A stretch of DNA of 64,000 nucleotides from Malacoraja senta. Lineage: Eukaryota. The stretch's first letter is position 1, and each line of letters opens with the position of its first letter. A model generated the notes under the pieces. That model made no database searches, was not told the DNA's origin, and saw only the letters and a program-made list of their open reading frames with translations. Position numbers and translations under genes: made by a program. Of this stretch, positions 30,701 to 42,718 are shown piece after piece. Where the stretch lies: the NCBI GenBank assembly GCA_038087875.1, contig JAXLNO010000101.1, forward strand, positions 124,001-188,000, written 5' to 3'.

Positions 30701-33700
30701 TTGCATTTTAAAAGCAAACTAACTTTTGTATTTTCAAAGCAAAACCTTTTGCATTTTCAAAGCAAACCTTTTCCATTTTCAAACCAAACCAACTTTTTCA
30801 TTTCCAAACCAATCCACCATTTGCATTTTCAAACCAAACCACCTTTGGCACGTTCAAAGCAAACCTTTTGCATTTTCAAACCAAACCTCTTGCATTTTCA
30901 AACCAAACCTTTTGCATTTTCAAACCAAAGCACCATTTGCATTATCAAAGCAAACCACATTTTGAATTTTCAAACCAAACCACCTTTTGCATTTTCAAAT
31001 CAAACCACTCTTTGGAATTTCAAAACAAACCTTTTGGATTTCAAAAGCAAACTACCTTTTGCATTTTCAAAGCAAACTACATTTTGCATTTTCAAAGCAA
31101 ACCTTTTGCATTTTCAAACCAAACCACCTTTTGCATTTTCATATCAAACCTTTTGCATTTCAAAGCAAACCTTTTGCATTTTCAAACCAAATATTTTGCA
31201 TTTTCAAACAAAGCACCATTTGTATTTTCAAAGCAAACCTTTTGCATTTTGAAAGCAGACCTTTTGCATTTTCTAACCAAACCTTTTGCATTTTCAAACG
31301 AAACCTTTTGCATTTTGAAACCAAATCTTTTGCATTTTCAAACCAAACCTTTTCCATTTTCAAACCAAACCACCATTTGCATTTTCAAGCCAAACCACCA
31401 TTTGCATTTTCAAAGCACTTTTGCATTTTCAAAGCAGACCTTTTGCATTTTCTAGCCAAACCTTCTGCATTTTCAAACCAAACCTTTTGCATTTTCAAAC
31501 CAAACCACTATTTGCATTTTAAAACCAAACCACCATTTGCATTTGCAAACCAAATCACCATTTGCATTTTCAAACCAAACCACCTTTTGCATTTTAAAAG
31601 GAAACCACCTTTTGCATTTTCAAAGCAAACTACCTTTTGCATTTTCAAAGCAAACCTTTTGCGTTTTCAAACAAAACCACCATTTACATTAGCAAGCCAA
31701 ACCACTATTTGCTTTTTCAAACCAAACCACCAGTTGCATTTTCAAACAAAACCACAAGTCGCATTTTCAAACCAAACCACCCATTGCATTTTCAAACAAA
31801 ACCACCATTTGCATTTTCAAACCAAACCACCATTTGCATTTTCAAACCAAACCTTTTGCATTTTCCAAGCAGACCTTTTGCATTTTCTAATCAAACCATT
31901 TGCATTTTCAAACCAAACCTGTTGCATTTTCAAACCAAACCTATTGCATTTTCAAACCAAACCACCAGATGCATTTTCAAACAAAACCACCTTTTGCATT
32001 TTCAAAGCAAACCACATCTTGAATTTTCAATGGAAACTACCTTTTGCATTTTCAAAGCAAACCTTTTGCATTTTCAAACCAAACCACCATTTGCATTCTC
32101 AAACCAATCCACCATTTGCATTTTCAAACCAAATAACCATTTGCATTTTCAAACCAAACCACCTTTTGCATTTTTAAAGCAAACCACCTTTTGCATTTTA
32201 AAAGCAAACTAACTTTTGTATTTTCAAAGCAAAACCTTTTGCATTTTCAAAGCAAACCTTTTCCAATTTCAAACCAAACCAACTTTTTCATTTCGAAACC
32301 AATCCACCATTTGCATTTTCAAACCAAACCACCTTTGGCACGTTCAAAGCAAACCTTTTGCATTTTCAAACCAAACCTTTTGCATTTTCAAACCAAACCT
32401 TTTGCATTTTCAAACCAAACCACCATTTGCATTATCAAAGCAAACCACATTTTGAATTTTCAAACCAAACCACCTTTTGCATTTTCAAATCAAACCATTC
32501 TTTGGATTTTCAAAACAAACCTTTTGGATTTCAAAAGCAAACTACCTTTTGCATTTTCAAAGCAAACTACATTTTGCATTTTCAAAGCAAACCTTTTGCA
32601 TTTTCAAACCAAACCACCTTTTGCATTTTCAAATCAAACCTTTTGCATTTCAAAGCAAACCTTTTGCATTTTCAAACCAAATATTTTGCATTTTCAAACA
32701 AAGCACCATTTGTATTTTCAAAGCAAACCTTTTGCATTTTGAAAGCAGACCTTTTGCATTTTCTAACCAAACCTTTTGCATTTTCAAACGAAACCTTTTG
32801 CATTTTCAAACCAAATCTTTTGCATTTTCAAACCAAACCTTTTCCATTTTCAAACCAAACCACCATTTGCATTTTCAAGCCAAACCACCATTTGCATTTT
32901 CAAAGCACTTTTGCATTTTCAAAGCAGACCTTATGCATTTTCTAGCCAAACCTTCTGCATTTTCAAACCAAACCTTTTGCATTTTCAAACCAAACCACTA
33001 TTTGCATTTTAAAACCAAACCACCATTTGCATTTTAAAACCAAATCACCATTTGCATTTTCAAACCAAACCACCTTTTGCATTTTAAAAGGAAACCACCT
33101 TTTGCATTTTCAAAGCAAACTACCTTTTTCATTTTCAAAGCAAACCTTTTGCGTTTTCAAACAAAACCACCATTTGCATTAGCAAGCCAAACCACTATTT
33201 GCTTTTTCAAACCAAACCACCAGTTGCATTTTCAAACAAAACCACAAGTCGCATTTTCAAACCAAACCACCCATTGCATTTTCAAACAAAACCACCATTT
33301 GCATTTTCAAACCAAACCACCATTTGCATTTTCAAACCAAACCTTTTGCATTTTCCAAGCAGACCTTTTGCATTTTCTAATCAAACCATTTGCATTTTCA
33401 AACCAAACATTTTGCATTTTCAAACCAAATCTTTTGCATTTTCAAACCAAACCACCAGATGCATTTTCAAACAAAACCACCTTTTGCATTTTCAAAGCAA
33501 ACCACATCTTGAATTTTCAATGGAAACTACCTTTTGCATTTTCAAAGCAAACCTTTTGCATTTTCAAACCAAACCACCATTTGCATTCTCAAACCAAACC
33601 ACCATTTGCATTTTCAAACCAAATAACCATTTGCATTTTCAAACCAAACCACCTTTTGCATTTTTAAAGCAAACCACCTTTTGCATTTTAAAAGCAAACT

Positions 33701-35574
33701 AACTTTTGTATTTTCAAAGCAAAACCTTTTGCATTTTCAAAGCAAACCTTTTCCATTTTCAAACCAAACCAACTTTTTCATTTCCAAACCAATCCACCAT
33801 TTGCATTTTCAAACCAAACCACCTTTGGCACGTTCAAAGCAAACCTTTTGCATTTTCAAACCAAACCTTTTGCATTTTCAAACCAAACCTTTTGCATTTT
33901 CAAACCAAAGCACCATTTGCATTATCAAAGCAAACCACATTTTGAATTTTCAAACCAAACCACCTTTTGCATTTTCAAATCAAACCATTCTTTGGATTTT
34001 CAAAACAAACCTTTTGGATTTCAAAAGCAAACTACCTTTTGCATTTTCAAAGCAAACTACATTTTGCATTTTCAAACCAAACCACCTTTTGCATTTTCAA
34101 ATCAAACCTTTTGCATTTCAAAGCAAACCTTTTGCATTTTCAAACCAAATATTTTGCATTTTCAAACAAAAGCACCATTTGTATTTTCAAAGCAAACCTT
34201 TTGCATTTTGAAAGCAGACCTTTTGCATTTTCAAACGAAACCTTTTGCATTTTCTAACCAAACCTTCTGCATTTTCAAACCAAACCGTTTGCATTTTCAA
34301 ACCAAACCACTATTTGCACTTTAAAACCAAACCACCATTTGCATTTTAAAACCAAATCACCATTTGCATTTTCAAACCAAACCACCTTTTGCATTTTAAA
34401 AGGAAACCACCTTTTGCATTTCCAAAGCAAACTACCTTTTGCATTTTCAAAGCAAACCTTTTGCGTTTTCAAACAAAACCACCATTTGCATTAGCAAGCC
34501 AAACCACTATTTGCTTTTTCAAACCAAACCAGCAGTTGCATTTTCAAACCAAACCACAAGTCGCATTTTCAAACCAAACCACCCATTGCATTTTCAAACA
34601 AAACCACCATTTGCATTTTCAAACCAAACCACCATTTGCATTTTCAAACCAAACCTTTTGCATTTTCCAAGCAGACTGTTTCCATTTTCTAATCAAACCA
34701 TTTGCATTTTCAAACCAAACTTTTGCATTTTCAAACCAAACCTTTTGCATTTTCAAACCAAACCAACAGATGCATTTTCAAACAAAACCACCTTTTGCAT
34801 TTTCAAAGCAAACCACATCTTGAATTTTCAATTGAAATTACCTTTTGCATTTTCAAAGCAAACCTTTTGCATTTTCAAACCAAACAACCATTTGCATTTT
34901 CGAAGGAAACCTTTTGCATGTTCAAAGCAAACCTTTTGCATTTTCAAAGCAAACTTTTTGCATTTTCAAAGCAAACCACATTTTGCATTTTCTAATCAAA
35001 CCGCCTTTTGCATTTTCAAAGCAAACCGTCTTTTGCATTTTCAAAGCAACCACCTTTTGCATTTTCAGAACAAACCACCTTTTGCATTTTCAAAGCAAAC
35101 CACCTTTTCCATTGTTAAAGGAAACCACATTTTGCGTGTTCAAAGCAAACCTTTTGCATTTTCTAAGCAAACCTTTTGCTTTTTCAAAAACAAACCAGCA
35201 TTTGCATTTTCAAACCAAACCACCATTTGCATTTTCAAACCAAACCTTTTGCATTTTCAAACCACCATTTGCATTTTCAAAGCAAACCACCATTTGCATT
35301 TTCAAACCAAACCTTTTGCATTTTCGAACCACAATTTGCAATTTCAAACCAAACCACCATTTGCATTTTCAAAGCAAACCTTTTGCATTTTCAAAGCAAG
35401 CCTTTTGCATTTTCAAACCAAATCTTTTGCATTTTGAAACCAAACCTTTTCCATTTTCAAAGCAAATTACCATTTGCATTTTCAAACCAAACCACCATTT
35501 GCGTTTTCAAACCTAACCTTTTCCATTTTCAAACCAAACCACCATTTGCATTTTCCAACTAAACCACCTTTTGC
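27777..35574. repeat. Satellite array, block 4 (contains 1490-bp higher-order repeat)
   Basis: Same monomers; marker ACCACCAGATGC at 30471, 31961 and 33451; ends abruptly at 35574. Confidence 0.97.
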
Positions 35575-36847
35575 GCCCCTGGTTCTGGACTCGCCCAACA
35601 TTGGGAACATTTTTCCTGCATCTAGCTTGTCCAGTCCTTTTATAATTTTATATGTTTCTATAAGATCCCACCTCATCCTTCTAAACTCCAGTGAATACAA
35701 GCCTAGTCTTTTCAATCTTTCCTCATATGACAGTCCCGCCATCCCAGGGATCAATCTCGTGAACCTACGCTGCACTGCCTCAATCACAAGGATGTCCTTC
35801 CTCAAATTAGGAGACCAAAACTGTACACAATACTCCAGATGTGGTCTCACCAGAGCCCTATACAACTGCAGAAGAACCTCTCTACTCCTATACTGAAATC
35901 CTCTTGTTATGAAGGCCAACATTCCAATAGCTTTCTTCACTGCCTGATGTACCTGCACGCCAACTTTCAGTGACCGGTGTACAAGGACACTCAGGTCTCG
36001 CTGTACCTCCCCCTTCCCTAACCTAACCCTGTTGAGATGATAATCTGCCCCCTTGTTTTTGCCACCAAAGTGGATAACCTCGCATTTATCCATATTAGAC
36101 TGCATCTGCCAGGCATCTGCCCACTCACTCAACCTGTCCAGGTCACCCTGCAACCTCCTATCATCCTCTTCACAGCTCACACTGGCACCCAGCTTTGTGT
36201 CATACTCAAACTTGCTAGAGTTGCTCCTAATTCCCTCTTCCAAATCATTAATATATATGGTAAACAGTTGCGGCCCCAACACCGAGCCTTGCGGCACTCC
36301 ACTCGCCACAGCCTGCCATTCTGAAAAGGACCCGTTCACTCCTACTCTTTGCTTCCGGTCTGCCAACCAATTTTCTATCCATGTCAACACCCTACCCCCA
36401 ATACCATGTGCTCTAATGTGAGTCACCAGTTTCCCGTGTGGGACCTTATCAAAGGCTTTCTGAAAGTCTAGATACACTACATCCACTGGCAACCCTTCAT
36501 TCATTTTACTTCTCACATCCTCAAAAAATTCCAGAAGATTAGTCAAGCATGATTTCCCTTTCATAAATCCAGGTTGACTTGGACTAATCCTTTTACTGCT
36601 ATCCAAATGCCCCATTATTACCTCTTTAATAATTGACTCCAGCATCTTTCCCACCACCGAAGTCAGGCTAACTGGTCTGTAATTCCCCGTTTTCTCTCTC
36701 GCTCCTTTCTTGAAAAGTGGGATAACATTAGCTATCCTCCAATCCACAGGGACTGATCCTGAATCTATTGAACATTGGAAAATAATCACCAATGCATCCA
36801 CTATTTCTCGAGCCACCTCCCTGAAGACCCTGGGATGCAGACCATCA
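35575..36847 (-). mobile_element. CR1 LINE RT fragment lacking both 5' and 3' ends
   Basis: DGLHPRV, NYRPVSLTSVVGK, YLDFQKAFDKV, GVPQGSVLGP; catalytic motif mutated (KFEYDTK instead of KFADDTK); cut at GESRTRG by the satellite. Confidence 0.93.
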
Positions 36848-38215
36848 GCGTTGCTTCTTTTCACCGCGGAGCCAGCAGTTCGAGAAATTTTAAAACACTC
36901 CCTGATACCGGAATGAAGGAAGACTATAAGAAAGCCGTTGATGCTTTGAACAGTCATTATGTGATGGTGCCGAAAGCTACATTTCAACGCCATTTATTCC
37001 GGAAAACAATGCAGGAAGAGGGCGAGACTGTTGCTCAATTTGTGACGAGACTCAGACAGGTGTCTGTAGCATGCAAATATGTGGCTGCTGATGTGGAAAA
37101 CCAGATATTGGATCATAGAAACATAGAAACATAGAAAATAGGTGCAGTAGTAGGCCATTCGGCCCTTCGAGCCTGCACAGCCATTCAATATGATCATGGC
37201 TGATCATCCAACTCAGTATCCCGTACCGGCCTTCTCTCCATACCCCCTAATCCCCTTAGCCACAAGGGCCACATCTAACTCCCTCTTAAATATAGCCAAT
37301 GAACTGGCCTCAACTACCCTCTGTGGCAGAGAGTTCCAGAGATTCACCACTCTCTGTGTGAAAAAGTTTTTCCTCATCTCGGTCTTAAAGGATTTCCCCC
37401 TTATCCTTAAGCTGTGACCCCTTGTCCTGGACTTCCCCAACATCGGGAACAATCTTCCTGCATCTAGCCTGTCCAACCCCATAAGAATTTTGTACGTTTC
37501 TATAAGATCCCCTCTCAATCTCCTAAATTCTAGCGAGTATAAGCCAAGTCTATCCAGTCTTTCTTCATATGAAAGTCCTGACATCCCAGGAATCAGTCTG
37601 GTGAACCTTCTCTGCACTCCCTCTATGGCTATAATGTCCTTCCTCAGATTTGGAGACCAAAACTGTACGCAATACTCCAGGTGTGGTCTCACCAAGACCC
37701 TGTACAACTGCAGTAGAACCTCCCTGCTCCTATACTCAAATCCTCTTGCTATGAAGGCCAAGGATCAGGTTGTCCAGCATTCCAGGTCAGACAAGCTCAG
37801 GAGAAGGCTGCAAGAAAAAGGGGGTGAGTTAAACCTTAATGATGCTTTGGCAATTGCAGTGGCACTGGAAGCTGTTGAGGGACAATTTCACAGCATGAAA
37901 TTGCAAGATTCCAAGACTGGGCAAGTTAACCAAGAAGTATGCCTGAACATAAGATCAAGTGTTACAGGTGTGGCAACAAGGGTCACATAGGGAAAAATGC
38001 ATGTTGTCCAGCAAAAGGTAAACATGTAGAAAATGTGGAGATAAAGATCATTTTGCAAAGCAATGTAAAAGTAAGGCCAGGGACAAGACAAGTGATTGCA
38101 ACGTGAAAGGGACGTCCAGTGAAAAGAAAGACAGTCCTTGGCAGAAAAAGAAGTCTGTCACGTAGAAGGTGATTTTGGAAGTGATGAAGAGAGTGATGAA
38201 GCTGGTGAGCATGCT
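36848..38215 (+). mobile_element. Ty3/Gypsy LTR-retrotransposon gag remnant, split by a CR1
   Basis: FKTLPDTG..DYKKAVDALNSHY..FQRHLFRKTMQEEGETVAQFVTRLRQ..NQILD|QVVQH..DKLRRRL, then two zinc-knuckle-like motifs (CYRCGNKGH, CRKCGDKDHFAKQC) at ~37960-38070; frameshifted. Confidence 0.85.
37116..37761 (-). mobile_element. CR1 LINE, 5'-truncated, with 6-bp TSD
   Basis: Open 182-aa CR1 ORF2 C-terminus; (CATAGAAA)n tail; GGATCA at 37110-37115 and 37762-37767. Confidence 0.95.
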
Positions 38216-38223
38216 GTTAAAAT

Positions 38224-38537
38224 AAATAGTAAGATTAAACGAGAACCTACCTAAGTTTGAAGTTTGATCTTTATTTTATGAGGAATTACGTAGGTGCTTA
38301 CGTGAAGAATCCCGCCAGTGCGCCTGCGCGTCAATCTTCAAAGCAGCGGTGTGAAATCACAAAAAACAACAACCGAAGTAATACAGTCTCATAATAAAAC
38401 GAGTAATACAAGAACTTCCATCTGACCTTTATGATAGAGGGTAGGGTCGTGGTGGGCACGTAATCACCTACGTAACTCCTCATAAAATAAAGATCAAACT
38501 TCAAACTTAGGTAAGTTCTCGTTTAATCTTACTATTT
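38224..38537. repeat. 81-bp inverted repeat (DIRS right-terminus / internal complementary region)
   Basis: 38224-38304 is the reverse complement of 38457-38537 with 3 mismatches. Confidence 0.9.
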
Positions 38538-38632
38538 TACTTCGGAGTAACATTTGTACCACAAATGCAGTAATTCATTTCAATAATGAAATTAATCAGA
38601 TCCCCTTTAAACCAGAGGAATTTACACAGAAC

Positions 38633-39560
38633 TTAAAATAGTTTCTGCAACAATCCCGCATTAACAATAGGCCGATGGTAAAAATGTGGAAACATCAACT
38701 CATTGGACCACCCGGCGGTTGCGAGGATATGGTCGACAGGGACGTCTTTCGCCCTGGCCGCCGACGTTTCTGCCGCCCTAGGCAATTGAGACGTAAAAAC
38801 ATCAGTATTAATACCAGCAGCTGTTAAGACTTCTTTTATCCATCTGGAAATAGTCTGTACTGAATCTCTCTTGTGTGGTTTCTTGTGTGTGATCAACAAC
38901 CCAGTTTCCGTATTCTCAAATTCTTTGTGACCTCCATGTATTGTAACAAATATGTCGTAACACAGAGACAAGGATCATTTGGATATGCTGCTAGCACAAT
39001 TTTAAATCCTGTCACACCTGGCCTACTTTGCTTTAGTAGGTCATAGTTATAGAATGTAACCTTGTCTTCAGTTACTTCCATCCTGTCTATTTGTAATTTT
39101 GCAAGTGTTTGCACTCGTTGTGCTGTCACTAATGCCATAAGCATGAATACTTTCATACTGAGCTTGGCCAAAAGTAAAGACACACTTGGTGACCATTCAC
39201 GAAGTAGTTTCAGTACCACACTTACATCCCACATTGTCATGTACCTAGGTTTCGGTGGTTTGGAATTAATGATTCCTTTCATTAGTCTGGAAACAAGTGG
39301 GTGTGACCCAATTGAGTTTCTTTCTGAATCCAGAACCAAATATGAGGACAATGCACTTCTGGCTGAATTATTTGCACTACAATTCAGACCTTCATCATAA
39401 TAAAGTTTTGACAGAAATTCTAAACATTTGAAATATCTTCAGTACTATATTCCACATTCTTTTGTACACAGAACTCTTCCCATTTCTTAATATAAGAAAA
39501 GTACTGTTTTTAAGTGCTTTTCCTCCAGGCTGCCGTTAGCATGTCCACAATACGCTCAGA
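38633..39560 (-). pseudogene. DIRS tyrosine recombinase (frameshifted)
   Basis: HPLVSRLMKGI..PPKPRY..WDV, LVTAQRVQTL, TISRWIK, AGWS..F..FYHRPI; the HSxR box is degraded to SQLPR. Confidence 0.88.
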
Positions 39561-39586
39561 CAGTCCTCGCCCCAGAAAGGGCCTTC

Positions 39587-40051
39587 TTAAAACCTGCAAA
39601 CCAACAAATCCAAACGATCATCTAATGGATGTTGTTCCCCTGTTACAGGGTGCAGCAATAAATTACTCCTTTTTGGGACTTTCATCAACATTTGTGTTGT
39701 TAATTCTAATATCAACGGATACCATGGCTGTGTAGGCCAATCTGGTATCATCAATACCCCTGAAGCAGCATCTTGCCTGATTTTAAGCAAACATTGGCTT
39801 ATGAGGCAGAAAGGTGGAAATATATATGAAAACATACCACCCCAATATAGCGAGAAAGCATCAATCGCCACTGCTCCTGGATCTGGTCCCCATGAGACAT
39901 ATCTCGATAGCTGATGATTCAGTCCAGATGCGAACAAGTCGATGTCGAGCATTCCAAATCTGATTACTATATCATTGAATACCTCTCGATTCAACATCCA
40001 TTCTTTATTATCATGGAAATTTCGTGACCTGGTGTCTGCTATCGTGTTCAT
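39587..40051 (-). pseudogene. DIRS pol C-terminal DNA adenine methyltransferase-like domain
   Basis: DIDLFAS..N, AIDAF..W, YIFPP and PDWPTQPWYP motifs following RNase H. Confidence 0.8.
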
Positions 40052-42718
40052 TCTACCTGGTAGCTAGATAGCTGAAATCCAAATATTCTTTTCAACACAC
40101 CATGACCAAAATTGATTAGCCATTTTGTCACATGGCACCGACTTGATTCCATCCATATCATTATTATAGGCAACTGCTGTTGTGTTATCAATTTGAAATT
40201 GAACATACCTTTTAGTTGTGTTAGAACAATAAGCTTGGAGTCCATAGAAACATCCTAAAAGCTCCAAATAGTTAATTCCCCATGTCTGCAGTAACAATGA
40301 CTCTTCCTGATTCCATCTGCCTCCGCAGCTAGATGCTAAGTCAGTTGCACCCCATTCTAGTGCACTCGCATCAGTTTGTAACATCATGGAAGGTTGTTCA
40401 ATCAGCACTTTGCTGGAACTGCTTGAGACATGTAGAATCCACCACTGCAGATCAGAAACAGCATTTGTTGTTAGTTGCATGGTTCTATCAAAATGACCAG
40501 CATTCATTCTCAGTGCCTGTTCTTTAACTTTCTGCAGCTGTTGATAATGTAATGGTCCGTATTGGACTGCTGGGAATGCTGCTACTAATTTTCCCAGTAC
40601 TCGAGCCACCTGTCTGATTAAGGGATTTTGCTCGTTTAACAGATTACTGCCATCTTTAATCAACTCCACCCTTTTTTCCCTGGGCAAAGTAATTTTCATT
40701 TGGGCTGAATCAATTGTGAACCCCAAATAATCAATCGAGGTACATGTTGTTAACCTTGATTTCTTTGGATGAATTAGAAAACCCCAAACTTTCAAAAGTT
40801 GATTTCACAACTGCAACAGATGCTTCTGTTGACTGTTTTGTCCTTCCTATCATCAGGACATCATCCACGTATGCCATTAGTACATGCCCCTGGCTTCTCA
40901 GCAACCCCAGAATTGGTTTTAAAGATGTTTGTGAATTTTCTGGGAGTGGACGTTAACCCATTAGGCATAGCCATAACTGGTTTATCCATGTAAATTTAAG
41001 ACATTTCCTATCTTCCAAGTGACTGAATAATATGGATCTTTTAAATGTATAGTTGCCATATAACATGCTTCTGAGATAAGTTGTATGGCAGTCACGAATG
41101 TCTCCATTTTGAAATGTCTAAATTGAACAAAAGGATTCAGACTTGTCAAGTCTAGAATAATCCAACATCCTCTATCCTTTTTTGATCGAGGGAATATATT
41201 TGACACAAATTGGTGATTTTGGTAGACTGATTCTTCAATAACACCTTTTATATATTGGGTTTCAATTACAGCTTGAACCTCCATCACTTCTTTTTGTGCA
41301 AAGTGGAGAGTTCTGCTCGGAACATGCTGGACAGGCAAATCATAATTTGGATTGAATTCAATTCGAAATCCTTGTATACTATTCCGAATTACCGGATCTG
41401 AAGTAATCTTCTTCTAATTGTTATAGAAGAGACGTAATCTGCCTCCAACTTTTGGAATTAATCCGGTTAGTATGTTCCCATGAGAACCAGCACCACCTTC
41501 CTCTTGAATCATTTGAGTACCCTGAGATCCCTGGATTCTCCCGGAAGCACCCCCACTGGTTCTTGCTCCCGCTGCAGGCCGCCAGCTACGTCCCTGCGTT
41601 GATGAGCGACTTGGTCCTGGTCCAGGATCCGTATGACGTCTGTAAGGATATCCTCTTTACAGATGTTACAACCATTGATGTTTTCATCAATCCTGTTTTC
41701 GCTCCATCTTCCAACTCTTTAATACGTCTCCCGAGATCCTCTCCAAAGAGTAAGTTGGGTAATTGTATATTACTTGGTTTGCAGAGTGCTGCGAATTTCG
41801 GATTTATAGTAAGCCGTATAGCACCATTCCTCCAACAATTGATCTCGAAGTGGGTGCTGCATAGCAACCCCAGTGCTTCCTGATGCAACTCCGTCATCTT
41901 TTGGCTTTTAGCCGCTATTCTGGCAAAAGCAGTTATTCCAGAATCCAGCAGCTGTAATATTCTCTGCAATTTCAATTCTTGAGTTTCTCATAGTCATACT
42001 CAAATGATTCCAGCTAATTTTGATTCACTGCAACACCCAGTTACTTGGGGTCTCATGCTTTCTTGCAGTCTCATCCATCTCCTGCTGTCCCAGCTGATGG
42101 GAAACCAAGTAATTTATTAGGGAGGCCAATTCTTCTCCTAATGGCTCTCCTGACCGTGACGGGGCAGCGAATCGTACTGCCAGTGGTGGAATATCTGCCA
42201 GCTGCCGTTCTTCGCCTTATACAGCCTCACCGTCAGTCGGGGTCTGAAATCTAATGACCCTTGGCACGCTCCTCATAACTGAGGGTGCATTCCATCAGCC
42301 CTGTACCAGGAGCTGTTGAGCTGCGTCCAGCAGCTTGGATTTCAATACACTCTTCCCTGAGTGTGCTTCGCTCCAACAGCCTATGTAGAAGGCTTTCAAT
42401 TTGGGCAATACGCTCAAAAGTAGACCACCAGGCCCATCGAGCCCGCACCGCCATTCGCTCATGGCTGAACACTAAACAGACACCCTTACCCACAAACAGT
42501 AGACACAAGACACAGAACACAAGACACTACCCTCCCCTTTATATCGCTATCAACCCTCTCCACCCCAAGAACCGCGTGATCTCCTGTGGGAGGCAAAAAA
42601 ACGGATAAAAACCCAGGTCCAATTCGGGAAAAAAATCCGGGAAATTCCTCTCCGACCCCAATCCAGGCGATCGACACTTGTCCAGGAGATCACTCAGGTC
42701 TTACTATACTAACCATAC

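Larger units (their letters stand above)
38216..42417 (-). mobile_element. DIRS1-type tyrosine-recombinase retrotransposon, decayed, 5' end missing
   Basis: Order gag (41586-42415), RT (AYVDD at ~40860-40874; ILDLTSLNPFV..HFKMET), RNase H (TDAS, INYLEL, IDNTTAVAY), MTase-like domain, YR; 81-bp terminal inverted repeat. Confidence 0.92.

Noticed and set aside
1..35574. Well over a hundred F/K/P/N/H-rich ORFs up to 454 aa
   Set aside because: The consensus monomer has no + strand stop in any frame. Both 22 and 25 equal 1 mod 3, so the same three peptides (FAFS, CIFK, LHFQ) cycle in all frames. No coding signal.
1..35574. CRISPR-like array (constant core plus variable part)
   Set aside because: Variable parts are only ~8-11 nt and recur constantly; no unique spacers, no cas genes; vertebrate TE context.
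1..35574. Telomeric repeat (GGTTT/GGTGG-rich minus strand)
   Set aside because: No TTAGGG arrays; G runs are mostly only two long.
35482..36993. 503-aa ORF as a domesticated RT fusion gene
   Set aside because: Chance read-through of antisense Gypsy, CR1 RT and satellite; the catalytic FADD motif is mutated.
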